A stretch of 64,000 bases of DNA from Akkermansia sp. (lineage in GTDB: Bacteria; Verrucomicrobiota; Verrucomicrobiia; Limisphaerales; SIBH01). The notes beneath the pieces are model-generated. The model searched no databases. It saw only the letters and a list, made by a program, of their open reading frames with translations, and was not told the DNA's origin. Shown piece after piece: positions 9,792 through 19,093 of the stretch. The translations under genes were made by a program, and so were the position numbers. The DNA lies in contig JAYVNY010000191.1 of the NCBI GenBank assembly GCA_043758205.1, positions 21,581-85,580 of the forward strand. Direction: 5' to 3'. The stretch's first letter is position 1. The number at the start of each line of letters is the position of its first letter.

Positions 9792-10310
9792 ATGAAAATA
9801 AGTAAAACAATGGTGACCGGGATCTTGAGCCTGACGATGGGGCTGGCCCTGCTCACGAACTCTGCCCGCGCGCAGAGTCCGACAAACGAACCGCCCGTCG
9901 TGCCGCCCGGACCTGGCACGCCGCCTCCGGCAGGGACGGTGCCAGTCAGTCCGAAAGTGCCGACGGTGGTCGTGGTGCCCACTGTGCCGGCAACTCCCGG
10001 GGTCCCAGACCGGCCGGGTCCACCCGCTGGCAGTCAGCCGCCCGCCGAAGTGAAAGACAAAGTTGATGCCTTCAAGCAGGCCCGTGAATCGTTCCTCGCC
10101 AAGCAGCGTGAACTGGCCGGCGCGAAGCGGCAGCAACTGACCGAGGAACAGCGGCAGGCGCTCATTGAAACCATCAAAGCCAACCAGCAGGAACTCCGGG
10201 CGCGCATCGATGAAATCAAAAACGAGTTTCGTAACCGGGACATCGACACGGTGATTGAGGATGTCAAACGCAGTGGAGGCGATGGACGCCCGCGCCGCGG
10301 TGAAGATTAA
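9792..10310 (+). CDS. Secreted Pro-rich / coiled-coil protein with LTXXQ motif (CpxP/Spy/ZraP-like)
   Basis: I trimmed track ORF 9567..10310 to the ATG at 9792. Signal peptide MKISKTMVTGILSLTMGLALLTNSARA, then a Pro-rich linker, then a helical part containing QQLTEEQRQALIETIKANQQELRARI. Confidence 0.7.
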   Translation: MKISKTMVTGILSLTMGLALLTNSARAQSPTNEPPVVPPGPGTPPPAGTVPVSPKVPTVVVVPTVPATPGVPDRPGPPAGSQPPAEVKDKVDAFKQARESFLAKQRELAGAKRQQLTEEQRQALIETIKANQQELRARIDEIKNEFRNRDIDTVIEDVKRSGGDGRPRRGED

Positions 10311-10322
10311 AATTCTCCCGGT

Positions 10323-11462
10323 GTGACGACTCATTCCAGCAGGCGGCCGCGTGGTCGCCTGCGCTGTTATTTTTTGATAGCCGCGCTGATGACCGCGCGG
10401 CTCTCGTTTGGTGCCATGGACACAAATGACGTGAGTGCAATCTCCTTGCCCGACTGGATGCGCTTCTACGCGCTGCGGTCGGGGATTGGTTACAAAGACA
10501 ATGTGCTTCTTTCGTTGCATCCGCGCGGCAGCGCCTTCGTGAGTGCGGGCGGAGATTTCATGATGGTGCGCCTGCCGGGCAGCGGCGTGGACGCACAATT
10601 TTTTCTCTCTGCGGACCGGACGCATTTTCTGGCGAGTGATGTCCCGGACAGCGAACACACCATTGCGGGCGTCGGCAAAGTTTCGTTCAAGAGCGGCCGG
10701 GCCACGACTACTCTGAGTGCCAATTACGTTTTTCAAGACCAGGTGCTCGACGTCTCGACGACAGAACCGGAGTTCAACACCATTCGCATCCGCGTGCATG
10801 ACATGGCGGTGAAACCCGCCGTCCGCTACGATCTCGCGCGGCAATGGTTTGTCGAAGTCGAGCCAGCGGGCCGGCGCCAGGAATTCGCCAAGCCGCTGGA
10901 CGACATTTGGGAAGCGAGCCTGAAAACGACACTCGGCTACGAATATGGTTTTCGCTCCCGCGCCACACTTTCAGCGCAAGCATCCGAACGGTTTTACGAT
11001 GAGAAGACGCAGCGCACCGTCGCCGGCGAAACGATTCCTGACACTTCGTTGCGCATGCACCGCGTTATCATCGAGTCCGCCGTGGATCATTACTGGGATA
11101 AAAAGCGCGTCTGGCGAACGCAGGGCCGCCTGGGTTACTGGCGCAACAACGACAATGGTTCGGGCTACTTCGATTACGACCGCTGGTTCGCACAGGTGCA
11201 GATGCGCTACAAGCGCGCGCCATGGGAACTGCGGGCGCAGGTACGGTTCGACGATTACATTTATGCCCACCAAACTGTGAGCACCACGAACTCCGACCGC
11301 CGTCGCGAAAATGAAATCACCGTGGGCTGCCGCGCCGAACGGCAGATCACGAAGGCGACCAAAGTGTTCGTGCAGTACGACCGGGTTGTTTCCCGCTCGT
11401 CCCGTTCTCTCGATGAATATGATTCGCAAACGGTGAGTGGTGGGGCACAATGGGATTTCTAA
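10323..11462 (+). CDS. Putative outer-membrane beta-barrel protein
   Basis: 379 aa with a signal-like N-terminus (CYFLIAALMTARLSFGA). The sequence alternates amphipathic Y/R/W-rich segments and ends in an aromatic residue (...GGAQWDF). No family recognised. Confidence 0.55.
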   Translation: MTTHSSRRPRGRLRCYFLIAALMTARLSFGAMDTNDVSAISLPDWMRFYALRSGIGYKDNVLLSLHPRGSAFVSAGGDFMMVRLPGSGVDAQFFLSADRTHFLASDVPDSEHTIAGVGKVSFKSGRATTTLSANYVFQDQVLDVSTTEPEFNTIRIRVHDMAVKPAVRYDLARQWFVEVEPAGRRQEFAKPLDDIWEASLKTTLGYEYGFRSRATLSAQASERFYDEKTQRTVAGETIPDTSLRMHRVIIESAVDHYWDKKRVWRTQGRLGYWRNNDNGSGYFDYDRWFAQVQMRYKRAPWELRAQVRFDDYIYAHQTVSTTNSDRRRENEITVGCRAERQITKATKVFVQYDRVVSRSSRSLDEYDSQTVSGGAQWDF

Positions 11463-11502
11463 TCAGAATGCAACCCGGCAATGCCGATGAGTTGATTGGC
11501 CA

Positions 11503-12915
11503 GTGAAAAGATTCCGCAAATTTCAGAAACGACCTGCGAGCGCATTTTGGCTCGGCACGGGCGCCGTTACGTTTGTCGTGGCGGTTCTTGGCGCCGCGGT
11601 GTGGCTCATCAGCGCGCGCCTCGAAAGGCAGGTGCAGCAACAAATTCTCGACCGTGATGCCTACGCGCTGCACTCGGTGTTCATGATGCAGGTGCTCTCG
11701 AAGCAGGATGCCGGCGGCGCGGATTGGGGCATCAAAGATCCGCTGAACCAACTCACGGCCATTCTCGAAACGTCACGGTTGAAAGGCGTGCTCGCGGCGC
11801 GTCTCTATTCTCCCGCCGGTAATTTTCTCTTCGCCGTTCCCAACAATGTGGCGAGCGCGCCACTGAACGCGGTGGCTCTTCGCGAGGCGCGACAACTCAA
11901 ACCATCGGCCCGGTTCGACGCGCAAGGGAAACTTCACGAACTGTTCGAAGGGGACCGCCCGACTCCACCCGTCCCGCTCGTGCGCGTAACGATTCCCATC
12001 CATGCGCTCGCCGCGCGGCAACTCGACGGCATTGCCGAGTTCATTCTGGACGGGCATCCCGTGGCCGCTGAATACAGCACGCTGGCGAGCCGGCTTTCGC
12101 GCCACGGTCTGATTGTATTCCTCCTCGCTGCGGGCCTGATCGGGCTGGTGATTGGCTGGTCGCTGCGGCGGTTGAGCCGCATCAACCACGCGCTGGCGGC
12201 GCGCACGGCGGAACTGGTGCGCGCGAATGAAGAACTCACCCTGGCGGCAAAAACTTCGGCGATTGGTTCTGTGGCGGCGCATCTGATGCATGGCCTGCGT
12301 AACCCTCTCGCGGGGTTGCAGAACTTCGTCACCGCCGGCGGGGGCGCCGCAATCACCAGTTCGGATTGGGAACTCGCCGCGGACGCCACCGCGCGAATGG
12401 GCCGGCTGATGGATGAGACGGTGCGCGTGCTCACTGAAGAACACGGCATCACGCGTTACAACATCACCAGTGGCGAACTCGCGTCCCTGCTCCGATCTCG
12501 GATGACGCCGCCGGCCGAGCAGTCGGACGTGAAGCTCGACATCGTGGCCGCCGCGGAGTCGTCCCTGCCGAATCGCGAAGCGAACATCGTGCTGCTCGTG
12601 CTTCAAAACCTCGTTAAGAATGCCATCGACTGCACTCTTGCGGGCCACACTGTCAGCGTGCGCTTGTTTGAAGACGCCAGTAGCTTTGTCTGCGAAGTGA
12701 GCGACGCAGGCCCGGGACTGCCGGAGCACGTGCGTGACAATCTGTTTCGCCCGGTGCGTTCGACGAAACCCGACGGCGCTGGCATCGGCCTGGCCATTTG
12801 CAAACAACTGGCCGCGCACATCGCCGCTGAACTCACGGTGAAAAAAACTTCGCGTGAGGGAACGGTGTTCGCACTCACGTTGCCGGCCAAAACCCATGCC
12901 TTGAAAGTCGCATGA
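11503..12915 (+). CDS. Sensor histidine kinase (two TM segments, ~170-aa extracytoplasmic domain)
   Basis: GTG start. H-box SVAAHLMHGLRNPLAGL, N-box LVLQNLVKNAIDCT, G1 VSDAGPGLP, G2 DGAGIGLAICKQL. Confidence 0.9.
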   Translation: MKRFRKFQKRPASAFWLGTGAVTFVVAVLGAAVWLISARLERQVQQQILDRDAYALHSVFMMQVLSKQDAGGADWGIKDPLNQLTAILETSRLKGVLAARLYSPAGNFLFAVPNNVASAPLNAVALREARQLKPSARFDAQGKLHELFEGDRPTPPVPLVRVTIPIHALAARQLDGIAEFILDGHPVAAEYSTLASRLSRHGLIVFLLAAGLIGLVIGWSLRRLSRINHALAARTAELVRANEELTLAAKTSAIGSVAAHLMHGLRNPLAGLQNFVTAGGGAAITSSDWELAADATARMGRLMDETVRVLTEEHGITRYNITSGELASLLRSRMTPPAEQSDVKLDIVAAAESSLPNREANIVLLVLQNLVKNAIDCTLAGHTVSVRLFEDASSFVCEVSDAGPGLPEHVRDNLFRPVRSTKPDGAGIGLAICKQLAAHIAAELTVKKTSREGTVFALTLPAKTHALKVA

Positions 12916-14885
12916 AAACCGGTGCGCTTCTGTGGCTGCTGGGGTTCGCGCTCGCCTGGGCGCAGCCGGATTTGCGCTGGCGCTGGTCGAACCCGCGTCC
13001 CTTCGGTAACAACGCCACCGACCTCGCTTACGCGGGCGGACTGTACCTCGTGGTCGGCGAACGCGGCCAACTCTACTCCAGCTACGATCTCGATACGTGG
13101 ACGCCGCAGGACAGTTTCACCACTAATTCACTTCGCGGCGTGGCGTTCCTCGGCGGACGCGCCATCATCGTCGGTGAAAATGGGACCGTCCTTTACGGCG
13201 ATACGCCGGAATCATTCAGCGTGACCAATCTCGGCACGGCGAACTGGCTCGAAGCCGTGGCGTGCAATTCAACCAATCTCGCCGTAGCGGTGGGCGACAA
13301 TGCAGCCGTGTACACGAGCACGAACGGGATTCTGTGGCAGCTTCGCTCGCAGCCGTTCAGCACCTGGCTGCGCGGTGTGGCCTACGGCGCGGGCGGGTTC
13401 GTTGCCGTTGGCGAGGGCGGATTCATCGCTACCAGCAGCAATGGAACGTCGTGGCAGCAACGCACCAGCGGCACGACGAGCAATCTCAATCGTGTGGTTT
13501 GGATTGTGGATCGTTACTGGGCCACGGGCGATGGCGGCAAAGCGCTGACCAGCGGGACGGGTGTCACGTGGACCCAGGAAAGTTCCGGTGCGAGCCGTCC
13601 ATTGTATCTCGCGGCAGGAGATTCTGTGAAAAAACTCGTGGGCGGCGACACGGAGTTGCGCCTCAAACAAAACGGCGTGTGGTCGAACCAGCTTTCAACA
13701 ACCAGGATTTCTCCCGCGCCCGCGTGGACTTACCTGAGCAGCGTGTGGGACGGACGCCTGTTTCTCGTGGGCGGGCGCACCGGAATGTTGCTCGAAGGTT
13801 TTAGCAACACAAACGGGACGGACACGTTGTGGGTGGATCGCAACCTTTCCGTGCGCACATGGCTTTGGGCCGTGACGCGCACCACCAATCTCTACGTCGC
13901 TGTCGGCGACAAGGGCACGGTGATGACGAGCTTTGACGGCGTGGATTGGCAACTGGAATTCGTGCCGTCCACCGTCACGAACAGTGTGTTCATCGGCGTG
14001 GGCGGCGCGCCGGGGTTGACCATCGCCGCAGGCAGCCAGGGTTCGCTTATCATCAGCACGAATGGTTTCGATTGGACGGCGATTGAGCCGCGACCTTCGG
14101 TGAACGATCTGCAAGGCGTCGCGTTCACGAACGGACTTTTCGTCGTGTGCGGCGGCGCGGGAACCATTCTCACCAGCACGAATGGCACGCAGTGGACGAC
14201 GCGCGTTTCCGGCACGACAAACTTCCTGTCCGGCGTGCTGGCGTACCCGGGCGGGTTCATCGCAGTCGGGCATCGCGGCACCATCCTCACCAGTCCCGAC
14301 GCTGTCACCTGGACGAAGCGCACCTCGGGGATCACGAATTGGCTTTACCGGATCGGCTGGTTCGGGAGCACGCTCGTAACGGTCGGCCAGAATGGCGTGA
14401 TTCTGACCAGCACTGATGGCGCGTCATGGACAGCGCGGACGAGCGGGACTTCTCAATGGCTGAACGACGTGGCGCGTCTCGATGGCTATTACTTTGCCGT
14501 CGGTAATGGCGGAGCCGTTGTCATCAGTTCCAACCTCACTTCGTGGTCAGCGATTGGCACCAGCACACGGAAATCACTGTTCGGCGTGGCGACGCATCAG
14601 GGACGGTTGGTGACGGTCGGCACTGAGGGCGTCATCCTCCGCACCCGCGTGTTTCCTCAGCTCGATCCGCCGGTCTTCCAGAACTACGCGCGAACCACGA
14701 ACTACAACTTGTATTTCCTTTCCGGCAAAACCGATCAACGCATCACGCTCGACCACAGTCTCAGGCTCACGAATTGGAATTCGGGCCCGCGTTTCGAATT
14801 CCTCGATGGAGGGGGCACGCTCCTGTTGCTGGAAACACGCGCCATGACCAATCGGGAATTCTACGAGGCTACGCTCGTTCCCTAA
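12912..14885 (+). CDS. Secreted multi-bladed beta-propeller repeat protein (BNR/Asp-box- or Ycf48-like repeats)
   Basis: Signal peptide MKTGALLWLLGFALAWA. At least 11 repeats of the form G.G..G.ILTS.(D/N)G..W (TSTNGILWQ, SSNGTSWQ, TSFDGVDWQ, STNGFDWT, TSTNGTQWT, TSTDGASWT...). The ATG overlaps the kinase stop (ATGA). Confidence 0.8.
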   Translation: MKTGALLWLLGFALAWAQPDLRWRWSNPRPFGNNATDLAYAGGLYLVVGERGQLYSSYDLDTWTPQDSFTTNSLRGVAFLGGRAIIVGENGTVLYGDTPESFSVTNLGTANWLEAVACNSTNLAVAVGDNAAVYTSTNGILWQLRSQPFSTWLRGVAYGAGGFVAVGEGGFIATSSNGTSWQQRTSGTTSNLNRVVWIVDRYWATGDGGKALTSGTGVTWTQESSGASRPLYLAAGDSVKKLVGGDTELRLKQNGVWSNQLSTTRISPAPAWTYLSSVWDGRLFLVGGRTGMLLEGFSNTNGTDTLWVDRNLSVRTWLWAVTRTTNLYVAVGDKGTVMTSFDGVDWQLEFVPSTVTNSVFIGVGGAPGLTIAAGSQGSLIISTNGFDWTAIEPRPSVNDLQGVAFTNGLFVVCGGAGTILTSTNGTQWTTRVSGTTNFLSGVLAYPGGFIAVGHRGTILTSPDAVTWTKRTSGITNWLYRIGWFGSTLVTVGQNGVILTSTDGASWTARTSGTSQWLNDVARLDGYYFAVGNGGAVVISSNLTSWSAIGTSTRKSLFGVATHQGRLVTVGTEGVILRTRVFPQLDPPVFQNYARTTNYNLYFLSGKTDQRITLDHSLRLTNWNSGPRFEFLDGGGTLLLLETRAMTNREFYEATLVP

Positions 14886-14912
14886 CCGGAACATTCAGTA
14901 CTTTTCGAGGAG

Positions 14913-14958
14913 CACACGCGCCTCGCGTGTTCCGACCGGCGCCCTCGCCGGTCGGAAC
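14913..14958 (+). terminator. Two consecutive GC-rich hairpins after the propeller gene
   Basis: ACACGCG-CCT-CGCGTGT is followed immediately by GTTCCGACCGGCG-CCCT-CGCCGGTCGGAAC, a perfect 13-bp stem. There is no U-tract, so intrinsic-terminator function is uncertain. Confidence 0.4.
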
Positions 14959-15257
14959 GAGCGCCCACCGACGGACCAAATCGTGCGGGCTGGGGACGTC
15001 TTTGGAATGTTGCGCGAGGGCAGCAACACCGCACGCGAGGGCGCGTGCGTGCATTTGAATCATTCCGTCTAGGTGCTCCTCCGTTGGGAACCAGAACCCA
15101 GCCCCGGGAGGCTCCTGGGTGAGCGCGCCCATCATCAATACCCGCACTTCGCACGGTGTTTCATGTTGGTGCAATTTCTGCATCACGACAGGACACCGGG
15201 CGCAGTCGCCACGTGGCATTGAGACTGCAAGCGACTGGAACAATAATTACAACAATC

Positions 15258-16505
15258 ATGAAAACATACAGATACATTCGACCAATCGCCCTCGCTGCAG
15301 CCGTGGTTTGCTCGTCCATCGCGATCCATGCCGCTGATTTTATCCCGGACCGCTATATCGTCGCATTACAGCCGAACGCCGACCCGGCGCAAGTTGCGGC
15401 GCGTTATGGCGTGACTCCAACGCACGTTTACACCGATGCCGTGCGCGGCTTCGCCGGACTCATCAGCAAAGCCCGCCTGCAACGGCTCGCGCAGGACGCT
15501 GACGTGACCGTCATCGAACAGGATCGAGTCGTATCACTCGGACAAGTGGCCAGCATGGGCGAGAGCGGAACCGTGGCTGCCACGTCCACGGATTACGTGC
15601 CGACCGGGGTCAACCGCATCGATGCGGAACTGAATCCGCGCACCGATGCCTCTGCTGTCGGAATCGCGATTATCGACACCGGCATTTCACTCACACACCC
15701 CGACCTGAACGTGGCTGGCGGCGTTTCCTATGTGCGCGGCGTGCGTTCGGCCAATGACGACAACGGCCACGGCAGCCATGTCTCTGGCATTGCAGCCGCG
15801 AAGGTCAATGACATCGGCATCCGCGGCGTTGCACCCAATGCGCGCCTCTTCGCCGTGAAGGTTTTGGATTCGACGGGCAGCGGCTCGCTGTCGGGTGTCA
15901 TTTCCGGCATCGACTGGGTGACGAAGAATACGAAGACCAAAGGCATTCAGGTCGCGAACATGAGCCTCGGGTTCCAAGGCACCAGCTCGACGCTCGACAG
16001 CGCCATTACGAAATCCGTGGACGCAGGCGTCACTTACGTGGTGGCAGCCGGGAACAACGCCGCGGATGCGAACACATTCAGCCCGGCGCGGCACCCGAAG
16101 GTCATCACCATCTCCGCGTTCGTGGATACGGACGGCCAATGCGGCGGCGCGGGCGTGGGCACGGGCTACGGCGCAGACGACAGCTTCGCCTCCTTCAGCA
16201 ACTACGGATCGGTGGTGGCGCTCGCCGCCCCCGGGGTGAACATCTACTCGACTTACAAGGACGGCGGCTACGCCACGATGTCCGGCACGAGCATGTCTTC
16301 TCCGCATGTGGCCGGCGCGGCTTTGCAATACATCGCCGGGCACGCGGGCGCGACACCCGCGCAAGTCCGTTCGGCGCTGCTCAATGCGGCCACGCCGCAA
16401 TCCTGGACCTCTTGCACGCAAGATGCGACCGGCCGCTACCGCGGCGGATTTTTCGGAGACGTAGATGCCTACGCGGAACCAGTCGTGGATGTCGCAACGT
16501 TCTAG
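15258..16505 (+). CDS. Secreted subtilisin-like serine protease (peptidase S8 with I9 propeptide)
   Basis: I trimmed the track ORF to the ATG at 15258 (MKTYRYIRPIALAAAVVCSSIAIHA). Catalytic triad: IAIIDTGI (Asp), GHGSHVSG (His), SGTSMSSPHVAG (Ser). Confidence 0.95.
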   Translation: MKTYRYIRPIALAAAVVCSSIAIHAADFIPDRYIVALQPNADPAQVAARYGVTPTHVYTDAVRGFAGLISKARLQRLAQDADVTVIEQDRVVSLGQVASMGESGTVAATSTDYVPTGVNRIDAELNPRTDASAVGIAIIDTGISLTHPDLNVAGGVSYVRGVRSANDDNGHGSHVSGIAAAKVNDIGIRGVAPNARLFAVKVLDSTGSGSLSGVISGIDWVTKNTKTKGIQVANMSLGFQGTSSTLDSAITKSVDAGVTYVVAAGNNAADANTFSPARHPKVITISAFVDTDGQCGGAGVGTGYGADDSFASFSNYGSVVALAAPGVNIYSTYKDGGYATMSGTSMSSPHVAGAALQYIAGHAGATPAQVRSALLNAATPQSWTSCTQDATGRYRGGFFGDVDAYAEPVVDVATF

Positions 16506-16631
16506 GACTTGCTGCGTGCGACTTCATGAGTATCCCCGCGCGCAGCTGGCCGCTCCACTTGGGTGGGGCGGCCATCACGCTTGAACAAGACGCAACCAAC
16601 GATCGACCGCACCAAAGCTAAAACTGTCACT

Positions 16632-18932
16632 ATGAAAAACTCAATCAATGCAATCGCGATCGCGCTTCTCGGCTTACTGACGGCAACGATGTCGCACGCA
16701 GCCGTGCCGGGCCCTGCACTCTCGGGAATATTCAGCTCCATCAGCGCGGGGAGCGTCGTGAACCTCTCCACCGAAGGAGAGATCGATTGGGTCCACTGGG
16801 GGTTGTTCACGGAGACGAGCCTTGATCGGAAAGCGGGTGTCATCGCGCAGATCAGCGACTTCACGCTCCTCGATGCGAGCAACGGATACGCCTACGTATA
16901 TCAATACGCCGACAACGCGAACAGCTACGGTTGGTTTGACGGCACGCCGAATGCGACCGTCACCAACACCACGACCGGGGTGTGGGCTTACGGCGTTCCA
17001 CAAATTGGCAGCGGGTTCAGGATCACCGCACCAGCCGACACCGCTACGCGCACGTTGAAAGTGTACGTTGGGGCCTACGGCGCGCGCGGGAAGTTTGAAG
17101 CCTTTCTGAGCGATGCCAGTGCCGCCGGATACACCAACACTTCGCTCTTCAATGTCATGAGCGGTCCGAGCGGAGTTTACACGCTCAACTACGCCGCCGC
17201 TTCAGCAGGGCAGCAGATGATTGTCCGATGGACGCTCACGTCGCCCTTTCAAGCGGATGGAAACGTGACGCTACAATCAGCCGCGCTGACTTCCAGCACC
17301 GCCAACAACCCTCCGTACGTCGCTCTCACGAATCCGCCGAACAACGCGAAGCTCTCCGCGGGAAACACCATTACGCTCCAGGCGACCGCGAGCGATCTGG
17401 ATGGCACCATTGCCAAAGTCGAATTCTACGCTGACAGCACGAAGCTGGGCGAAGACCTCACAAGTCCCTACAGCTTCGCATGGAGTTCGGTTCCCGCCGG
17501 CGCCTACGTGCTGACCGCGCGCGCGCTCGATAATCAAGGCGCCGCGTCTGTGTCACCGCCCGTGGAAATTTTTGTCAACGGCTCGGGCGGCACCTTGGCG
17601 GCGAGCAAAACAACGCCGGCCACTTCAATTAACCTCACGACAGACGGCAGCCGCGACTGGGCGCATTGGGGTCTGGCAACGAATAGCTTGTTCAATCACA
17701 AGGCCTCTGTCGTCCAGCAGATTAGCGACTACACCAAGATCGGCACCAACACAGCCCAACGATACACCGACAATTATACGGCGTTCGCGTGGAGCGACGG
17801 CACGCCGACGGCTTCCGTGTCCGGCGCGAACATCGGCGTGTACACGACCGGGGTGACGAATGGGTTCGAGATTACCGTTCCGGCCGACACCAACTCGCGC
17901 ACGCTGAAGGTGTACGTGGGGCTTTACGGAGCGCAGGGGAATTTTCAGGTGTGGTTGAGCGATTTCAGCGCCGCGGCTTTCACCGATACGAGCTTGAGCA
18001 ATTATTACGGCAGCTCGTACGGCGTTTACACCATCACGTATTCGGCAGCGTCCGCAGGGCAATCTCTCAAGGTGCGCTATCGCTCGTTGAAACTGTTCGA
18101 CCAGGACTACGGTAACGTCACGCTTCAAGCTGCGACCCTCGTCGTGAACTCGACGGGGAATACGCCACCCTTGGTGCAGATTACGTCACCGACCAACGGC
18201 ACGGTGTTGACCGCTCCGGCGAGCTTTACAGTTTCGGCAAGCGCTTCGGACAGTGACGGCACGATCAACCAGGTGGAGTTTTTCAACGGCAGCACATCGC
18301 TCGGCGTGGATAGTTCCAGTCCTTACAGCGTGTCCGTGAGCAGCCTGGCGGCAGGCAATTACACGCTCTCGGCTGTGGCCACGGACAACTCGGGCGCGAA
18401 GGCCACCAACAGCGTTTCCATCATCGTGAACAATCCGCCGACCGCGTCGATCACCAGCCCGACCAATGGGGCGTCCTTCGCAGCGCCCGCGACCATTACG
18501 ATTGCGGCGACGGCGAGTGACAGCGACGGAAGCATTGCGAAAGCGGAATTTTATCAAGGCGCGACCAAACTGGGCGAAGACACCACCTCTCCTTACTCAC
18601 TGGCGTGGAGCAACGTATCGGCGGGAAGTTACACGCTCAGTGTGAAAGCCATTGATGACCACGGCGCCGTGGGCACCTCGGCTGCGATTTCCATTAACGT
18701 GACGAACCTGCCGCCGCCGCCAGTCACGATTTTCGGCGCTGTCGCCCAGGGCGATGCACTGAGGTTCTCGTTTGCGACGGAACTTGGCCGCTCCTATTGG
18801 GTGGAGCGCGCGGCGGCATTGCCGTCCACCAATTGGCAAACCATCACGAACCTCAGCGGCACCGGCACGAACGTCACCGTGCGCGACGCCAGCGCACTGC
18901 CGATACACTTCTACCGCGTGGGGGCGCAATGA
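16632..18932 (+). CDS. Large secreted protein: SP - unknown domain A - Ig-like - domain A - Ig-like x2 - C-terminal FYRV module
   Basis: ATG at 16632 (MKNSINAIAIALLGLLTATMSHA). There are two ~220-aa copies of a domain marked by DW.HWGL, ISD(F/Y)T, RTLKVYVG.YGA.G.F...LSD and GNVTLQ.A.L. The Ig-like units have the form SP.NG....AP....T..A.ASDSDG.I..VEF. The protein ends ...LPIHFYRVGAQ. Confidence 0.85.
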   Translation: MKNSINAIAIALLGLLTATMSHAAVPGPALSGIFSSISAGSVVNLSTEGEIDWVHWGLFTETSLDRKAGVIAQISDFTLLDASNGYAYVYQYADNANSYGWFDGTPNATVTNTTTGVWAYGVPQIGSGFRITAPADTATRTLKVYVGAYGARGKFEAFLSDASAAGYTNTSLFNVMSGPSGVYTLNYAAASAGQQMIVRWTLTSPFQADGNVTLQSAALTSSTANNPPYVALTNPPNNAKLSAGNTITLQATASDLDGTIAKVEFYADSTKLGEDLTSPYSFAWSSVPAGAYVLTARALDNQGAASVSPPVEIFVNGSGGTLAASKTTPATSINLTTDGSRDWAHWGLATNSLFNHKASVVQQISDYTKIGTNTAQRYTDNYTAFAWSDGTPTASVSGANIGVYTTGVTNGFEITVPADTNSRTLKVYVGLYGAQGNFQVWLSDFSAAAFTDTSLSNYYGSSYGVYTITYSAASAGQSLKVRYRSLKLFDQDYGNVTLQAATLVVNSTGNTPPLVQITSPTNGTVLTAPASFTVSASASDSDGTINQVEFFNGSTSLGVDSSSPYSVSVSSLAAGNYTLSAVATDNSGAKATNSVSIIVNNPPTASITSPTNGASFAAPATITIAATASDSDGSIAKAEFYQGATKLGEDTTSPYSLAWSNVSAGSYTLSVKAIDDHGAVGTSAAISINVTNLPPPPVTIFGAVAQGDALRFSFATELGRSYWVERAAALPSTNWQTITNLSGTGTNVTVRDASALPIHFYRVGAQ

Positions 18933-19093
18933 TTCGCGAGCACACACGCCTGCACGCGCATCGTTCAACGCAGCCGCGCTTTTCCGTGAATATTGTGTTT
19001 TTCACTCCAGTGCCGGTATAACGCGATATGCGCCAAACCCGTGAGCGTTTGCTTTCTGTTCGGACCGGCGCGTCATGGCCGTGCGCCAGATCG

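Noticed and set aside
14869-15243. 124-aa minus-strand ORF in the spacer between the propeller and S8 genes (contains ...GFWFPTEEHLDGMIQMHARALACG...)
   Set aside because: It has no recognisable family, overlaps the hairpins and the candidate promoter, and has mixed composition. It may be a gene remnant, but that is not supportable.
16549-16572. Hairpin GCCGCTCCAC-TTGG-GTGGGGCGGC between the S8 gene and the first A-domain gene
   Set aside because: It has one mismatch and no U-tract, and the genes are probably co-transcribed. It is noted but too weak to call a terminator.
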